A stretch of 64,000 nt of DNA, taken from the NCBI GenBank assembly GCA_965223345.1, contig CBDCWG010000012.1, positions 3,301,286-3,365,285 on the forward strand, written 5' to 3'. Below the pieces are notes generated by a model. That model saw only the letters and a list, made by a program, of their open reading frames with translations. It ran no database searches and had not been told where the DNA came from. A program made the translations under genes and the position numbers. The DNA is from Nitrospinales bacterium. GTDB lineage: Bacteria; Nitrospinota; Nitrospinia; Nitrospinales; VA-1. Positions within the stretch are counted from its first letter, which is position 1; every line of letters starts with the position of its first letter. Shown here piece by piece: positions 1 to 10,222 of this stretch.

Positions 1-207
1 TTCCAGGATGAGGACACGGATCTCGCGAACCGTCTGGAAGATCCCAACCTTGAAGTCTACTCGGCGGATGAGGTCAACCTCAAACCCACCGGGGTCGATT
101 CCCCGGACCCGGAAAAAGACCTGGATGAAAATTTCCTGGATTTGCTGGAATCGCTGGTCATCTTGAAGGACCAGAACAACCGGAATGACCGTATTCAAGC
201 GCCCTGA
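1..207 (+). CDS. 3' end of an upstream CDS (acidic C-terminus, product unknown)
   Basis: Frame 1 is open from base 1 (FQDEDTDLANRLEDP...RIQAP) to TGA at 205-207. Confidence 0.6.
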   Translation, partial: FQDEDTDLANRLEDPNLEVYSADEVNLKPTGVDSPDPEKDLDENFLDLLESLVILKDQNNRNDRIQAP

Positions 208-254
208 AGCTCTGCATCGATTCGACACCGCGACTTTGAAAGGTCGCCTCCGGC

Positions 255-1235
255 ATGGTTTCTCCCGATAACATTTTCGCCGTCGGCGGGGGAAAAGGCG
301 GGACCGGGAAAAGCGTGATTGCCACCAACCTCGCCGCGGGTCTGGCGCTGAGCGGTCGGAAAACCGTCCTGATGGACGCCGACATCGGCGCTTCCAACAC
401 ACACGCCCTTTTGGGCATCCACCGTCCCTGTTCGGGATTGCGCGACTGGTTCCTTGCCGAAGGCGCAGATCCTTCCTCTCTCTTCCTCGACACCGGCATC
501 GGAAACCTGAAGCTGGTCAGCGCAGCGGGAGACCCGCCGGGCAGCGCGGACCTCTGCGACACCGATTTCGAAAAAGCCGCCAAACTAATTGAAAGCTTCG
601 AGGCCGACTGCGTGGTCCTCGACCTAGGCCCCGGAACGCAACACCGCACGGTCGATCTGTTCAACCTAAGCGCCAACGGCATCGTGGTCACCACGCCGGA
701 GATCACCTCCATCATGAAGACGTTCGCCTTCATCCGGGCCGCGCTGTTTCGAAAAATCCGCCGTGCCTTTGCCGACCGGCCCGAGATCGTGCGGTGGGTG
801 GATCACTCGCACCCCGGAGACTCGACTCCCGAAACGCCTTCGATGGATGTGCTGCGCGAAAACATCCGGATCGCCGACCCTGAATTTCTCGAGGCGCTGG
901 AATCGGTGGTGAACCGCTTTTCGCCGTTGCTGGTGGTCAACCGTGTGCGGGAAAAACGGGACCTGGAGGCCGGAGACCAGCTCATCCGGCTGGTGAAAAA
1001 ACACCTCGATGTGGATGTCGCCTTTCTGGGCTTTGTGGTCGAAAGCGAGTGCGTGCGCGATTCCGTGGACGCAAGAATCCCGTTTCTGCTCAAAGAACCG
1101 CAAAGCAAACCGTCGCTCGACGTGCAGAAAATCATCGGCGATCTCATCCAGACCGAGATTCAATTCGTCAAAAAAGACGGTCAGATTTTCATACTGCGGC
1201 AGGAACCGCTGACACCGAAAGGGGAAGACGAGTGA
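255..1235 (+). CDS. MinD/FlhG(FleN)-family P-loop ATPase
   Basis: Deviant Walker A GGGKGGTGKS, plus DADIGASN, VLDLGPG, VVTTPE and VVNRV motifs. Confidence 0.85.
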   Translation: MVSPDNIFAVGGGKGGTGKSVIATNLAAGLALSGRKTVLMDADIGASNTHALLGIHRPCSGLRDWFLAEGADPSSLFLDTGIGNLKLVSAAGDPPGSADLCDTDFEKAAKLIESFEADCVVLDLGPGTQHRTVDLFNLSANGIVVTTPEITSIMKTFAFIRAALFRKIRRAFADRPEIVRWVDHSHPGDSTPETPSMDVLRENIRIADPEFLEALESVVNRFSPLLVVNRVREKRDLEAGDQLIRLVKKHLDVDVAFLGFVVESECVRDSVDARIPFLLKEPQSKPSLDVQKIIGDLIQTEIQFVKKDGQIFILRQEPLTPKGEDE

Positions 1236-1646
1236 TTCTTCCACCCGTTTTTTTGGAGTTTTCCGCTTTATAGTGGCTCCTGGAATCGGAAATAGCGATT
1301 CTGCGCCCATTTGGACTGCCGAATCAGGCGGATCCTGAGCCCCCGGAACGGGGCAAACGCCCCTCCCCCGCCCATTCCCCAGAAGCGTTGAATTTCCGCC
1401 AGTAATGCGCCGGGCAACCAACTTGAGTTGGACTTCCCCCCCGCCAGATCCTATAATAGAACATAGAGAAAATGTTGAATTTATTGGACTTATTCGAATC
1501 CGGACGACTTCGAAAAGCCCTTGATTTCGCCTGAATCCGGTCCCTTTCCATCGGCTTCAGGATAGGGGAAAGGCATGCCGGCACCCGGTATGGGGTCACG
1601 AACAAATGCGGGCCCCGTCCAGACCGGCCATTTCTCGTCTGCCACG

Positions 1647-2756
1647 ATGACAAACAATTCCGACAGATCTCAGAATAGAATCCGGCTGCTGTTTTTCAGC
1701 CACGCCACGCTGCCTTTCGTCCGGCAGGATGAAGCCATTCTGGGCAAGCATTTCGATCTGAAACCGTTCTATCTGGATCGCTACGACACGATTCCGGCCG
1801 CCCTTCTCTCCTATACGCGGGTGCTTTTCTGGCTGCTGAAAAATATCCGCCACTGTGACGGGCTGTTTTTACGATTTGCGGATGTCTATGGATTTTTCTT
1901 TTCGCTCTTTGCGCGACTGTTCCGGAAAAAACTGTTCGTCGTCGTCGGCGGGTTCGACGCCACGTGGATTCCAGAGCTCAATTATGGAACCTACAACAAA
2001 AGCCGCTCGCGGTTTTTCACGCGCTTCACGCTCAAGACCGCCTGCAGGATACTTCCGGTCAGTGAATCTTTAGTGGAAAATCCTAGCAAAGCACCGGACG
2101 TGGGGATATACAAACAAGGCATCAAAACCCTGTACCCTGAAATCGACCCAAAAAAAATCGCGGTGGTGCCAAACGGATACCGGACGTCCCACTTCAACGG
2201 CAACGGCCAACGCCGATCCGCCGGCGAAGTGACCCTGGTGGGCAACATAAAAAAGTTTCAAACGTTCAAAGTCAAGGGAGTCGATACCTTCATCCGCCTG
2301 GCCGCCGGGACGCCGGAATACACGTTCACGCTTGTGGGGGCGGATCCGGAGCAAATCGCACAATGGGCCGACATTCCGGCCAACCTGAACATCCTCCCTG
2401 CTGTTCCGCACGGCGCACTGCCCGAATACTATCGAAGAGCCAAAGTGTTCGTGTGTCTCTCGCGCACCGAGGGAATGCCCAATGTTCTGTGCGAGGCCAT
2501 GCTGTGTGAGTGCGTTCCGGTGGGCTTCGATTTCGGCGCTATCCCCGAAATCATCGGCGACACCGGCGTGATATTGCAATCCACGGAAATGGAGCGACTC
2601 CAATCCGCTTTGCGCAAAGCCATGACCCTGGACGGCCGAAAAGCGAGAGCTCGGATCGTCGATCGCTACCCGATCGAAACGAGGGAAAAGAAACTGGCCG
2701 GGATCATCGAATCCGAATTTTCCAACAGCGAATGCAACGCACTCGCGTTCGCCTGA
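1647..2756 (+). CDS. Glycosyltransferase family 4 (GT-B)
   Basis: VPNG, KGVD, and SRTEGMPNVLCEAM (EX7E) motifs; start placed at ATG 1647. Confidence 0.9.
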   Translation: MTNNSDRSQNRIRLLFFSHATLPFVRQDEAILGKHFDLKPFYLDRYDTIPAALLSYTRVLFWLLKNIRHCDGLFLRFADVYGFFFSLFARLFRKKLFVVVGGFDATWIPELNYGTYNKSRSRFFTRFTLKTACRILPVSESLVENPSKAPDVGIYKQGIKTLYPEIDPKKIAVVPNGYRTSHFNGNGQRRSAGEVTLVGNIKKFQTFKVKGVDTFIRLAAGTPEYTFTLVGADPEQIAQWADIPANLNILPAVPHGALPEYYRRAKVFVCLSRTEGMPNVLCEAMLCECVPVGFDFGAIPEIIGDTGVILQSTEMERLQSALRKAMTLDGRKARARIVDRYPIETREKKLAGIIESEFSNSECNALAFA

Positions 2757-2773
2757 CACGGTTTCCATACAGG

Positions 2774-4198
2774 ATGGACAGACAGGACATCATCAACAAA
2801 TCGATTCGCGGCCTGGGGGTGGTGCTCGGTACCACCGGGATGAAATACGCGATCGCGCTGGCCATCCAGATCGCGTTGGCGCGCCTGCTCGAGCCCGAAC
2901 ACTTCGGCGCTTTTGCCTTCGCCAATATGGTGGTGATGTTTTTCGCCACGCTCACGAATCTGCACGGCGATAAGTTCCTGATCAAAGAAAAAGATGCCAT
3001 TCAAGCGAAACTGAATACGATCTTCACTCTGGAGCTGACGCTTTCCGGAATCTTCATCGTGTTGATGCTGTGGATCGCCCCCTACCTGATGAGCGTTCTC
3101 GAGAAACCCGACCTGACCCTGCTGGTGCAGTTCCTGCTGTTCGCCCTTTTCTACGGCCCGTTTTCCCGGCCGCGATGCCTTTTCGAAAAGGAATTGTCTT
3201 TCTGGAAAGCCCGCTTTCCCTCTATCTGCGCCCAGATCATCAGCGGCGGCGTCGCGATCGCTCTGGCCTACAGGGGGTACGGCGTGTGGAGCCTGATCGC
3301 ATCGCATTTGATATTTTCGGTTTCCGAAGTGCTGATCATCTGGACCATCAGCCCTTTGCGTCCCCGTTTCGAGTGGGACTCCAGAATCGTTTCCCAGGTT
3401 TTGGGTTACGGGACGCCCCTGCTGGGCAGCAGCGTCCTGATTTTCTTTTACTGGAATGTGGATTATTACATCATCGGCGATCTTCTGGATCAGGAACAAC
3501 TGGGCTATTACTGGTTCGCGTTTCAAACCAGCCAGTTGTTTCTCAAACTGAAGTCCTCGATCATTTCGGTCGTGTATCCCACGTTCACAAAATTCGGAAA
3601 TTCGGAAGACATCAAAAAAGCCTTCTACAAGCTGACCCAGTTCACGGCGGTCCTCTACATGATCCCGACCACGTTCGTCCTGATGATGGGAGAGGAGATC
3701 CTCACTTTCATATTCGGGGCCAAATGGATTCCGGCAACCCTGCCGCTGCAGATACTGATGGTCCTGACAACCCTCAAAGCGGTCACCGCCTATTGGGATC
3801 CCATCATCCTCTATAAAGGAAAAACGAAAATACAGTTTTACATGACGGTGTACGGAGCCTGCTCCGTGACCCTTTTCGTCTATTTATTGACGCTCTATCA
3901 GGGCATCGTGGGCGCGGCCGCCGGGCTTTTGCTGGCGCATGCGATCGGCGTGGTGATCATGTGGGCATTGGTGAACAAACATGTCCTGCAACTGAGCTTC
4001 CGGCATTTGCTGAAATTATCGCTGCATTACGCCGTATTCATCTACATCGTGTATTTTCTCAAACAGGTTCAATCGGCCCCCACCTGGGCGCTATTCACGG
4101 TGCTGGCGGCCGGGTGCACGCTGATCACAGCCCTGCATTTATCGGAATATTTTAAATTCAACGCATTGAGCAACCGGCTTTCAGGAAAAGAAGCCTGA
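2774..4198 (+). CDS. wzx: Wzx-type lipopolysaccharide/polysaccharide flippase
   Basis: LARLLEPEHFG, GYGVWSL, DYYIIG..L....LGYY and IFGAKW motifs; about 12 hydrophobic segments; start at ATG 2774. Confidence 0.88.
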   Translation: MDRQDIINKSIRGLGVVLGTTGMKYAIALAIQIALARLLEPEHFGAFAFANMVVMFFATLTNLHGDKFLIKEKDAIQAKLNTIFTLELTLSGIFIVLMLWIAPYLMSVLEKPDLTLLVQFLLFALFYGPFSRPRCLFEKELSFWKARFPSICAQIISGGVAIALAYRGYGVWSLIASHLIFSVSEVLIIWTISPLRPRFEWDSRIVSQVLGYGTPLLGSSVLIFFYWNVDYYIIGDLLDQEQLGYYWFAFQTSQLFLKLKSSIISVVYPTFTKFGNSEDIKKAFYKLTQFTAVLYMIPTTFVLMMGEEILTFIFGAKWIPATLPLQILMVLTTLKAVTAYWDPIILYKGKTKIQFYMTVYGACSVTLFVYLLTLYQGIVGAAAGLLLAHAIGVVIMWALVNKHVLQLSFRHLLKLSLHYAVFIYIVYFLKQVQSAPTWALFTVLAAGCTLITALHLSEYFKFNALSNRLSGKEA

Positions 4199-4242
4199 CA
4201 ACGCGGCAAAGCGGTTTGCAAACAATAACACAAACTTATCCA

Positions 4243-5319
4243 ATGAAAACGTCAACCATCAGCAGCCGACTCAACGAAGATCTGGAAACGATCCAGTCGA
4301 GCCTCATCGGCATCGATCGCATCGCCACGATCCTGTACGGCGGCTACGGTCGGGACGAGGGCAGCTGGTTCGAAGACGAGAACGGCAACCTGCATCCCTA
4401 CAACGATTACGACATCGTTTTGGTGACCGCCCATCCCCAGCCCGCAGATCGCATCAAATCGATCGGCGACAAGCTGGCGAAGGACATCGGAATCCGCTGG
4501 ATCAACCTCAGCCAGATCACTCCCGATCGCTTGCGCGGGCTCACGCCCACGATTTTCAACTACGACCTGAAGCACGCAAGCCGCATCATCGACGGCGACA
4601 AGGACATACTGGAACTCATCCCGCCCCTGGATGCGTCGAAGCTGCCGTTGACGGAAGGCGAGGAATTGTTTTTCACACGCATATGGACGTTGCTGGGTTG
4701 CCTGGACGCTTCCGGGTTTCAAAAAGAGAGAACCGGCGATGCGTCCCGCTTCTTCCGGAACCAGATGGCGAAAGCGGTTCTGGCGACCGTGGACGTCCTG
4801 TTGCTGCAAAAGGGCGCCTATCACCCAAGCTACCGCGAACGGTCGCAGCGTTTTTGCCGATTGTTTGCCGAAAAGGATTCGCTGGTGGAACTGAGCCGCT
4901 GGGCTTTGCAAGAGAAGCTGCATCCCACGGCTCCGGCGATGAAGGCGGATGAGATAAAGCATCTCTACACAAACATACACACGCATTTTTTTCGAGAGAT
5001 GTTCGCGGTGCTGACGCAATGCTATGGAACCCCGATCAACTGCGCCCGCGATCTCGAACAGCACCTGAAATACGATTTCACTTTTCTTGCAAGACGGCTC
5101 AAGTCCGCTCTCAGAAATTTCAACCTTGCCTACGAACACCGGCTTGCGGTGCGGCTGGCTCAGGTTTATCTGGCAACGGCCTACGGCGCCGAGGCCATCG
5201 ACTCCACGCTGTTAACGCGCGGGATCGAACTCATGCGCCGCGTGCGGCCCGCTCTGTCCCCAGGCATGAACTGGGATCAGGCGAGGTTGGCCGTGGCGCA
5301 ATTGCGAATGGAAGTCTGA
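4243..5319 (+). CDS. Pol-beta-superfamily nucleotidyltransferase-like protein
   Basis: hGGYGRDEG...NDYD matches the GS-x(n)-DxD signature; helical C-terminal region. Confidence 0.7.
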   Translation: MKTSTISSRLNEDLETIQSSLIGIDRIATILYGGYGRDEGSWFEDENGNLHPYNDYDIVLVTAHPQPADRIKSIGDKLAKDIGIRWINLSQITPDRLRGLTPTIFNYDLKHASRIIDGDKDILELIPPLDASKLPLTEGEELFFTRIWTLLGCLDASGFQKERTGDASRFFRNQMAKAVLATVDVLLLQKGAYHPSYRERSQRFCRLFAEKDSLVELSRWALQEKLHPTAPAMKADEIKHLYTNIHTHFFREMFAVLTQCYGTPINCARDLEQHLKYDFTFLARRLKSALRNFNLAYEHRLAVRLAQVYLATAYGAEAIDSTLLTRGIELMRRVRPALSPGMNWDQARLAVAQLRMEV

Positions 5320-6560
5320 TGCCCACTGTTCTCATATTGATGGATGCCTTCCGGCACGACTATTTGAGCGAAGAAGTGACGCCTTTTTTATTTCACTGCT
5401 CGCGCCAAGGAGAGCATTACAAAACCGTTCTCCCGAGTCCGGGTTACTGCGAAAGGACCGAAGTGCTGACGGGACTGCGCCCGAGGCAATCGGGCTTTCT
5501 GACCGCCATCGGATACGATCCGGACCGCAGCCCCTTCAGCGGCATGAAGTGGCTGCGGATCTTTGAATGGATCGAGCGGGGAATCCTGAGTTCAAGCCGC
5601 CTGTTCGGCAAGAGTTTTTCACAACGCCTGTACCGTTATTACAAAATCAGAATGAAACGGTTTTTGCGGCGGCGTTCTTCCGGCATGAGCCCCTATGAGA
5701 TTCCGGTCTCACTTTTGCCTTACTGGTCGTTGACCGAAGACCGGATCGACCACCGGGAAGATCGGGCCTTCCCCACAGCATCGATCCTGTCACTCGTCGA
5801 TAAAAAAGGGGGAACCTATTTCTACGATTCTTTCACCGCCTTGAATCTGCCCGCCAATGGCGCCGACCAGGATCGTTTGCACATGGCGCTGGCGGAGATC
5901 AGGAACCGGCCGCATGACCTCACATTGATTTATGTCGCGGCGCCCGATCATTTCGGTCACAAATACGGCCCGCAATCGGATGAACTGAAGCGGGCTCTGC
6001 GCCAGATGGATCAGGACTTGAAAGATTTCACGGAGACGTTTCAGCAACACATTCCGGGATCAAATTTCGTTTTTCTGGGTGACCACGGCATGGCTACCGT
6101 GACCCAGTCATTCGATGCGGGAGAGCACCTGAATCAACTTGCCGGTTCACTCGGTTTGAAATTGAAACGGGATTACATCTATTTTCTCGACTCCACCCTG
6201 ATGCGGGTCTGGTTTTTATCCGACAGAGCGAAACGGGATTTTGCTGCCGCCATCCAGGCGTCGCAGCCGTTTCGGGAACGGGGTGTCTTCGTGGATGAAG
6301 CGCTGGCCGAGAAACACCACATTCCCTGGCCCGACTCCCGCTACGGCGATCTCCTTTGGTGGACCCATCCGGGCGTGCTCATTTTTCCGGACTTTTTCCA
6401 CAAAACGGATCGCAACAGGGGCATGCACGGCTACGATCCCGATTTACCGGAAAGCCAGGGGATGTGCATCGTGTACGGGGATGGCATCCAGCCGCAAACC
6501 GTCGATTCCATTCCGCTCACGGAAACGTTTTCCATTCTGAAAAGGCTGGTGTCGGCATGA
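5319..6560 (+). CDS. Alkaline phosphatase superfamily (nucleotide pyrophosphatase/phosphodiesterase-like) protein
   Basis: Metal ligands in MDAFRHDY, PDHFGH, GDHG and GMHGY; TGATG overlap with the upstream gene. Confidence 0.8.
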   Translation: MPTVLILMDAFRHDYLSEEVTPFLFHCSRQGEHYKTVLPSPGYCERTEVLTGLRPRQSGFLTAIGYDPDRSPFSGMKWLRIFEWIERGILSSSRLFGKSFSQRLYRYYKIRMKRFLRRRSSGMSPYEIPVSLLPYWSLTEDRIDHREDRAFPTASILSLVDKKGGTYFYDSFTALNLPANGADQDRLHMALAEIRNRPHDLTLIYVAAPDHFGHKYGPQSDELKRALRQMDQDLKDFTETFQQHIPGSNFVFLGDHGMATVTQSFDAGEHLNQLAGSLGLKLKRDYIYFLDSTLMRVWFLSDRAKRDFAAAIQASQPFRERGVFVDEALAEKHHIPWPDSRYGDLLWWTHPGVLIFPDFFHKTDRNRGMHGYDPDLPESQGMCIVYGDGIQPQTVDSIPLTETFSILKRLVSA

Positions 6561-7651
6561 ATCAAGTGAGCAAAAGTCCGCGCCCGTTTTTTTCCGTCAT
6601 TGTGTGTGCCTACAATGAAGAGAAACTTTTGCACGCGTGCCTGGAAAGCCTCCTCAAACAAAATTATCCCAGGGAGCAATACGAAATCTGGATCATCGAC
6701 GACGAGTCCACGGACAAAACCGCGGACATTGCGGAAAATCAGGTGGCGCAGCAGCAGGGTTCGTTTCCCCGCATGCATTACGCAAAGATAAAGCACGGCG
6801 GCCTGGCCGTAGCCCGCAACACCGGAATCGGACTGGCGCAGGGGGAAGTGCTCGCCTTCATCGACGGGGACGCCATGGCGCACCCGGACTGGCTCAAGCA
6901 TCTGGAGAAGCCTTTTAAAACGCAAAACGCGGATTATGCGGGAGGCAAGATCGAGCTGTTGAATTCCGAATCGCCCATCGCCCGGGTGGCCCAGGAAATC
7001 CGGCACAAACAGTATTTCGGCCCGGAACTGTATTTGAATCATTTTATCGGATGCAACATGGCGATCCGCAAACGGGTTTTTCAGTCGGCAGGGGGATTCT
7101 TTGAAAACTTTTACTCCCGGGGCGATGAAGTGTCCCTGAATTTTAAAATCAAGGACCGGTTCCGTTACCAACCGGCCCCGGAGGCGGTCGTCTATCACGA
7201 GCGTCCGGATAAATTGTGGGACTGGATAAAAACGGAATGGAAGAGCGCCACCTTATGGGGCCTCACCAAAAAGGTCCTCCCGGCACGCAAGGGCTGGCGG
7301 CCCCACGCCCGCAACCTGGAACGATTGCTGGTCGTCCTCTTTCCGCCGGCGCTGTTCCTGCCGGTCCTGCATCCCTTATGGACGGTTCTGCTGTTTGTTT
7401 CCACGGCCGCTTTTTACCGGCACCTTTTTGTGTATCCTGAAAACCGCAGAATCCTGGACGACGTTTCGAAGTTGTGGGGGCGGCCCCGCGGGATTCTTAT
7501 GTATTCGCTCTATATTTGGGTGAAATACGCAAACGTGCTTTTTGGAAAAGCACTGGGCAACTGGAAATACCGAAACACAGCGTTGATTCCTCCGGGGACA
7601 TGCAAACCGGACATCATCGCGATGAAATCATCGAGCCCGCAAGTTGCCTGA
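6557..7651 (+). CDS. Glycosyltransferase family 2
   Basis: SVIVCAYNEE, IIDDESTD, ARNTG, FIDGD and GCNMAIRK motifs; C-terminal hydrophobic segments. Confidence 0.9.
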   Translation: MNQVSKSPRPFFSVIVCAYNEEKLLHACLESLLKQNYPREQYEIWIIDDESTDKTADIAENQVAQQQGSFPRMHYAKIKHGGLAVARNTGIGLAQGEVLAFIDGDAMAHPDWLKHLEKPFKTQNADYAGGKIELLNSESPIARVAQEIRHKQYFGPELYLNHFIGCNMAIRKRVFQSAGGFFENFYSRGDEVSLNFKIKDRFRYQPAPEAVVYHERPDKLWDWIKTEWKSATLWGLTKKVLPARKGWRPHARNLERLLVVLFPPALFLPVLHPLWTVLLFVSTAAFYRHLFVYPENRRILDDVSKLWGRPRGILMYSLYIWVKYANVLFGKALGNWKYRNTALIPPGTCKPDIIAMKSSSPQVA

Positions 7652-7695
7652 ACCTTTATCCACTTCCGGTATTTTTTCATACCCTCGTTTCCGAC

Positions 7696-8808
7696 ATGGA
7701 TAACCCGAACAAGCACCGCTTTGTCTTCATCATTCCCAGCCTCGATTTCGGCGGTGCGGAACGGATCTGCGCGACCTATGTGAACGCGTTATCCCGAATG
7801 GGGCACCCATGCCGGGTTTTGCTTTCAGAAAACACCATCCGTTTTCCTCTGGATCCTTCCGTATCCACGGTTGTGATCAACAGCTCCACAGAGAAAAAGG
7901 GAATCGGGAAACTCCTGTTTCTCGTCCGCTATTACCGGAAGCTGGCCAAAGCGATCCGCAGCTTCTCCCCCGATGTCCTGGTCTCCTCATTGCGGGTCGC
8001 CAACGTTCAGACGTTGATCGCCGCCAAACTGATCCCGGCCCCAAAACGGCCGCTGTGCATCATCCGGCAGGAAGGCATGTTTCGGGAGCCTCCGGATTTC
8101 CTGACGCGTCGGCTCTATCCGGCAGCCGATATGATCCTCGCCGTGTCCGAAGGCCTGCGGGATTACCTGATCAAACAACTGCGCCTGCCTCCCGGGAAAG
8201 TGGTGACCGCTCACAATCCATTCGATTTGAAGGAAGTGGAGAGCCTGGCTGAGAAAGAGGTCGATCATCCGTGGTTTGCCTCTGAAATTCCCATTATAAT
8301 CAACGTATCCAGGCTGGTAGAGCAAAAGAACCACCGGTTGCTGATACGGGCGTTTCAGCAAGTGACCCGGAAAATGCCGGCCCGCCTCGTGCTGGTCGGA
8401 CAGGGGCCTTTAAAAACGGAGCTGGAAGATCTGATCGCCCGAATGGGCTTGAGCGATTCGGTCTGCTTTCTCGGGTTTGAGAGCAACCCGTACCGCTACA
8501 TTTCCCGATCGCAGGTTTTCGTTTTGTCCTCGCAGTCCGAAGGTTTTGGGAACGTGCTTGTGGAAGCCATGTGCTGTGGCACCCCGGTGATCTCGACCGA
8601 CTGTGAATTCGGCCCCAAAGAGATCATCGAGGACGGGCATTCCGGATATCTGGTTGCCCCCGGTAACGAAACAGCGCTTGCCGAGAGGATTTTACAGGTT
8701 TTGAAGTCGGACAACACAGCGATGCTCGATAATGCGAAAAAGGCGGTGCAGCGATACGATCTGCCGAATGTGATGAAGCAATTTCTTTCTCTGCTCCCAG
8801 AAAAATAA
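7696..8808 (+). CDS. Glycosyltransferase family 4
   Basis: GGAER, HNPFD, RLVEQKN, and SEGFGNVLVEAM motifs. Confidence 0.9.
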   Translation: MDNPNKHRFVFIIPSLDFGGAERICATYVNALSRMGHPCRVLLSENTIRFPLDPSVSTVVINSSTEKKGIGKLLFLVRYYRKLAKAIRSFSPDVLVSSLRVANVQTLIAAKLIPAPKRPLCIIRQEGMFREPPDFLTRRLYPAADMILAVSEGLRDYLIKQLRLPPGKVVTAHNPFDLKEVESLAEKEVDHPWFASEIPIIINVSRLVEQKNHRLLIRAFQQVTRKMPARLVLVGQGPLKTELEDLIARMGLSDSVCFLGFESNPYRYISRSQVFVLSSQSEGFGNVLVEAMCCGTPVISTDCEFGPKEIIEDGHSGYLVAPGNETALAERILQVLKSDNTAMLDNAKKAVQRYDLPNVMKQFLSLLPEK

Positions 8809-8827
8809 TAAACCATCCCCTGCAGCG

Positions 8828-10210
8828 ATGAATCCCGGCAACGCACATTTGAAGAAGCTATCGGATATCGCCTCGGAACGGGCCGCCCGGCTCTACCTGG
8901 TCGGCGGAACGGTGCGGGATCATTTTTTGGGGAAGGACTGCTCGGATTTCGATTTCGCGCTGCGCGACGCGGCGCAGCTTGCCAGGGCCTTCGCCAGGGA
9001 AACCTGCGGCGCCCTGGTGCCGCTGGACACCACCCCCGGCCGCGAGACGTTCCGCGTCGTGGTGGCAAAGACGCAGACGTTCGATTTCAGCGAACTCGCA
9101 GGCGACTCGATCGAGACCGACCTCGCCGCGCGGGATTTTACCTGCAACGCAATGGCCCTGGCCCTCGACGATTTTTTGCAGGGTTCGGACACGATCCTCG
9201 ATCCGCACGGCGGCCGGGCCGACATTCGCGATCAGAAGATCCGCATGGTGTCCGACACCGCATTCCAGGCGGACCCCCTGCGCCTGCTGCGCGCCTTCCG
9301 GTTCGCCATCCAGCTCGATTTCAAGATCGAAGGGAGCACGATCGATTGCATCGCGCGCGACAAAAAAACGCTCAGCCTTGTGGCGGCCGAGCGCATCTGG
9401 CACGAATGGAAATTATTCCTGCAGGCCGGCCGGGTGTTTTGCCTGCTCAAGCTGATGGACAAAACCGGCCTGCTGAGCGAGGTGCTGCCGGAACTGGAAC
9501 CGCTGCGCCGCATGCGTGCACACAGCCGCGACGCACGCGACACCGGCCTGCAATCCATCAAGGAGCTGCAGAACGTCCTGTTTCCGGAGGGAGAGAAGCG
9601 CTCCCGCTTCCCGGCCCCGGATCTTGCAACCGAAAAAAAGGCGCTGTTGTTGATGGCGGCGCTTCTGAGCGGATTGAAACCGGCACAGGAAATTTTTAAC
9701 ACCACCGTTCCCCCATCCTCGTCACCGGAATCGGCGGTGGCGGATCTGCTCAAACGGCTGCGGGCGAGCAATGCGGAGAGCGAGTGGATCGAACGGACGC
9801 TGCTTTGCTGCCGGGAGTTTCTGCAGTCACTGGCGGCGTTTGCGAAATCGGCCCCCGACCGCCTGCGGCTGTACCGCTTTGTCAAGCGCTGGGAAAAGGA
9901 ATGGACCGGCGGTCTGTGTATCGCCTGGGCGCTGGTGTCCACGCTGCCTCAGGACGGCCCCCTCTCCCCGGATAGCTGTTTGCAGGCCGCCGACAATGTG
10001 AAGGCGTTTTTCGAGCAGGACTACCTGCCCGCCATGCAGCAGGGACCGCTTCTCAAGGGCAAAGACCTGATCGAGCGGTTCGCGCTTTCGCCTTCGCCCT
10101 TGTTTTCGGATATTCTTGCGCGTGTCGAGGAGGAACGGGTGCTCGGCACCATTCGCACTGTGGAGGAGGCGGAACGGACCGCCCGCAAACTGATCGAGAA
10201 CCAAAGCTGA
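8828..10210 (+). CDS. Class II tRNA nucleotidyltransferase, probably CC-adding type
   Basis: LVGGTVRD, DFDF, DLAARDFTCNAMA, DPLRLLRAFRF and ERI motifs; C-terminal LLKGKDL; HD motif degenerate. Confidence 0.85.
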   Translation: MNPGNAHLKKLSDIASERAARLYLVGGTVRDHFLGKDCSDFDFALRDAAQLARAFARETCGALVPLDTTPGRETFRVVVAKTQTFDFSELAGDSIETDLAARDFTCNAMALALDDFLQGSDTILDPHGGRADIRDQKIRMVSDTAFQADPLRLLRAFRFAIQLDFKIEGSTIDCIARDKKTLSLVAAERIWHEWKLFLQAGRVFCLLKLMDKTGLLSEVLPELEPLRRMRAHSRDARDTGLQSIKELQNVLFPEGEKRSRFPAPDLATEKKALLLMAALLSGLKPAQEIFNTTVPPSSSPESAVADLLKRLRASNAESEWIERTLLCCREFLQSLAAFAKSAPDRLRLYRFVKRWEKEWTGGLCIAWALVSTLPQDGPLSPDSCLQAADNVKAFFEQDYLPAMQQGPLLKGKDLIERFALSPSPLFSDILARVEEERVLGTIRTVEEAERTARKLIENQS

Positions 10211-10222
10211 AGAAAGGCCATC

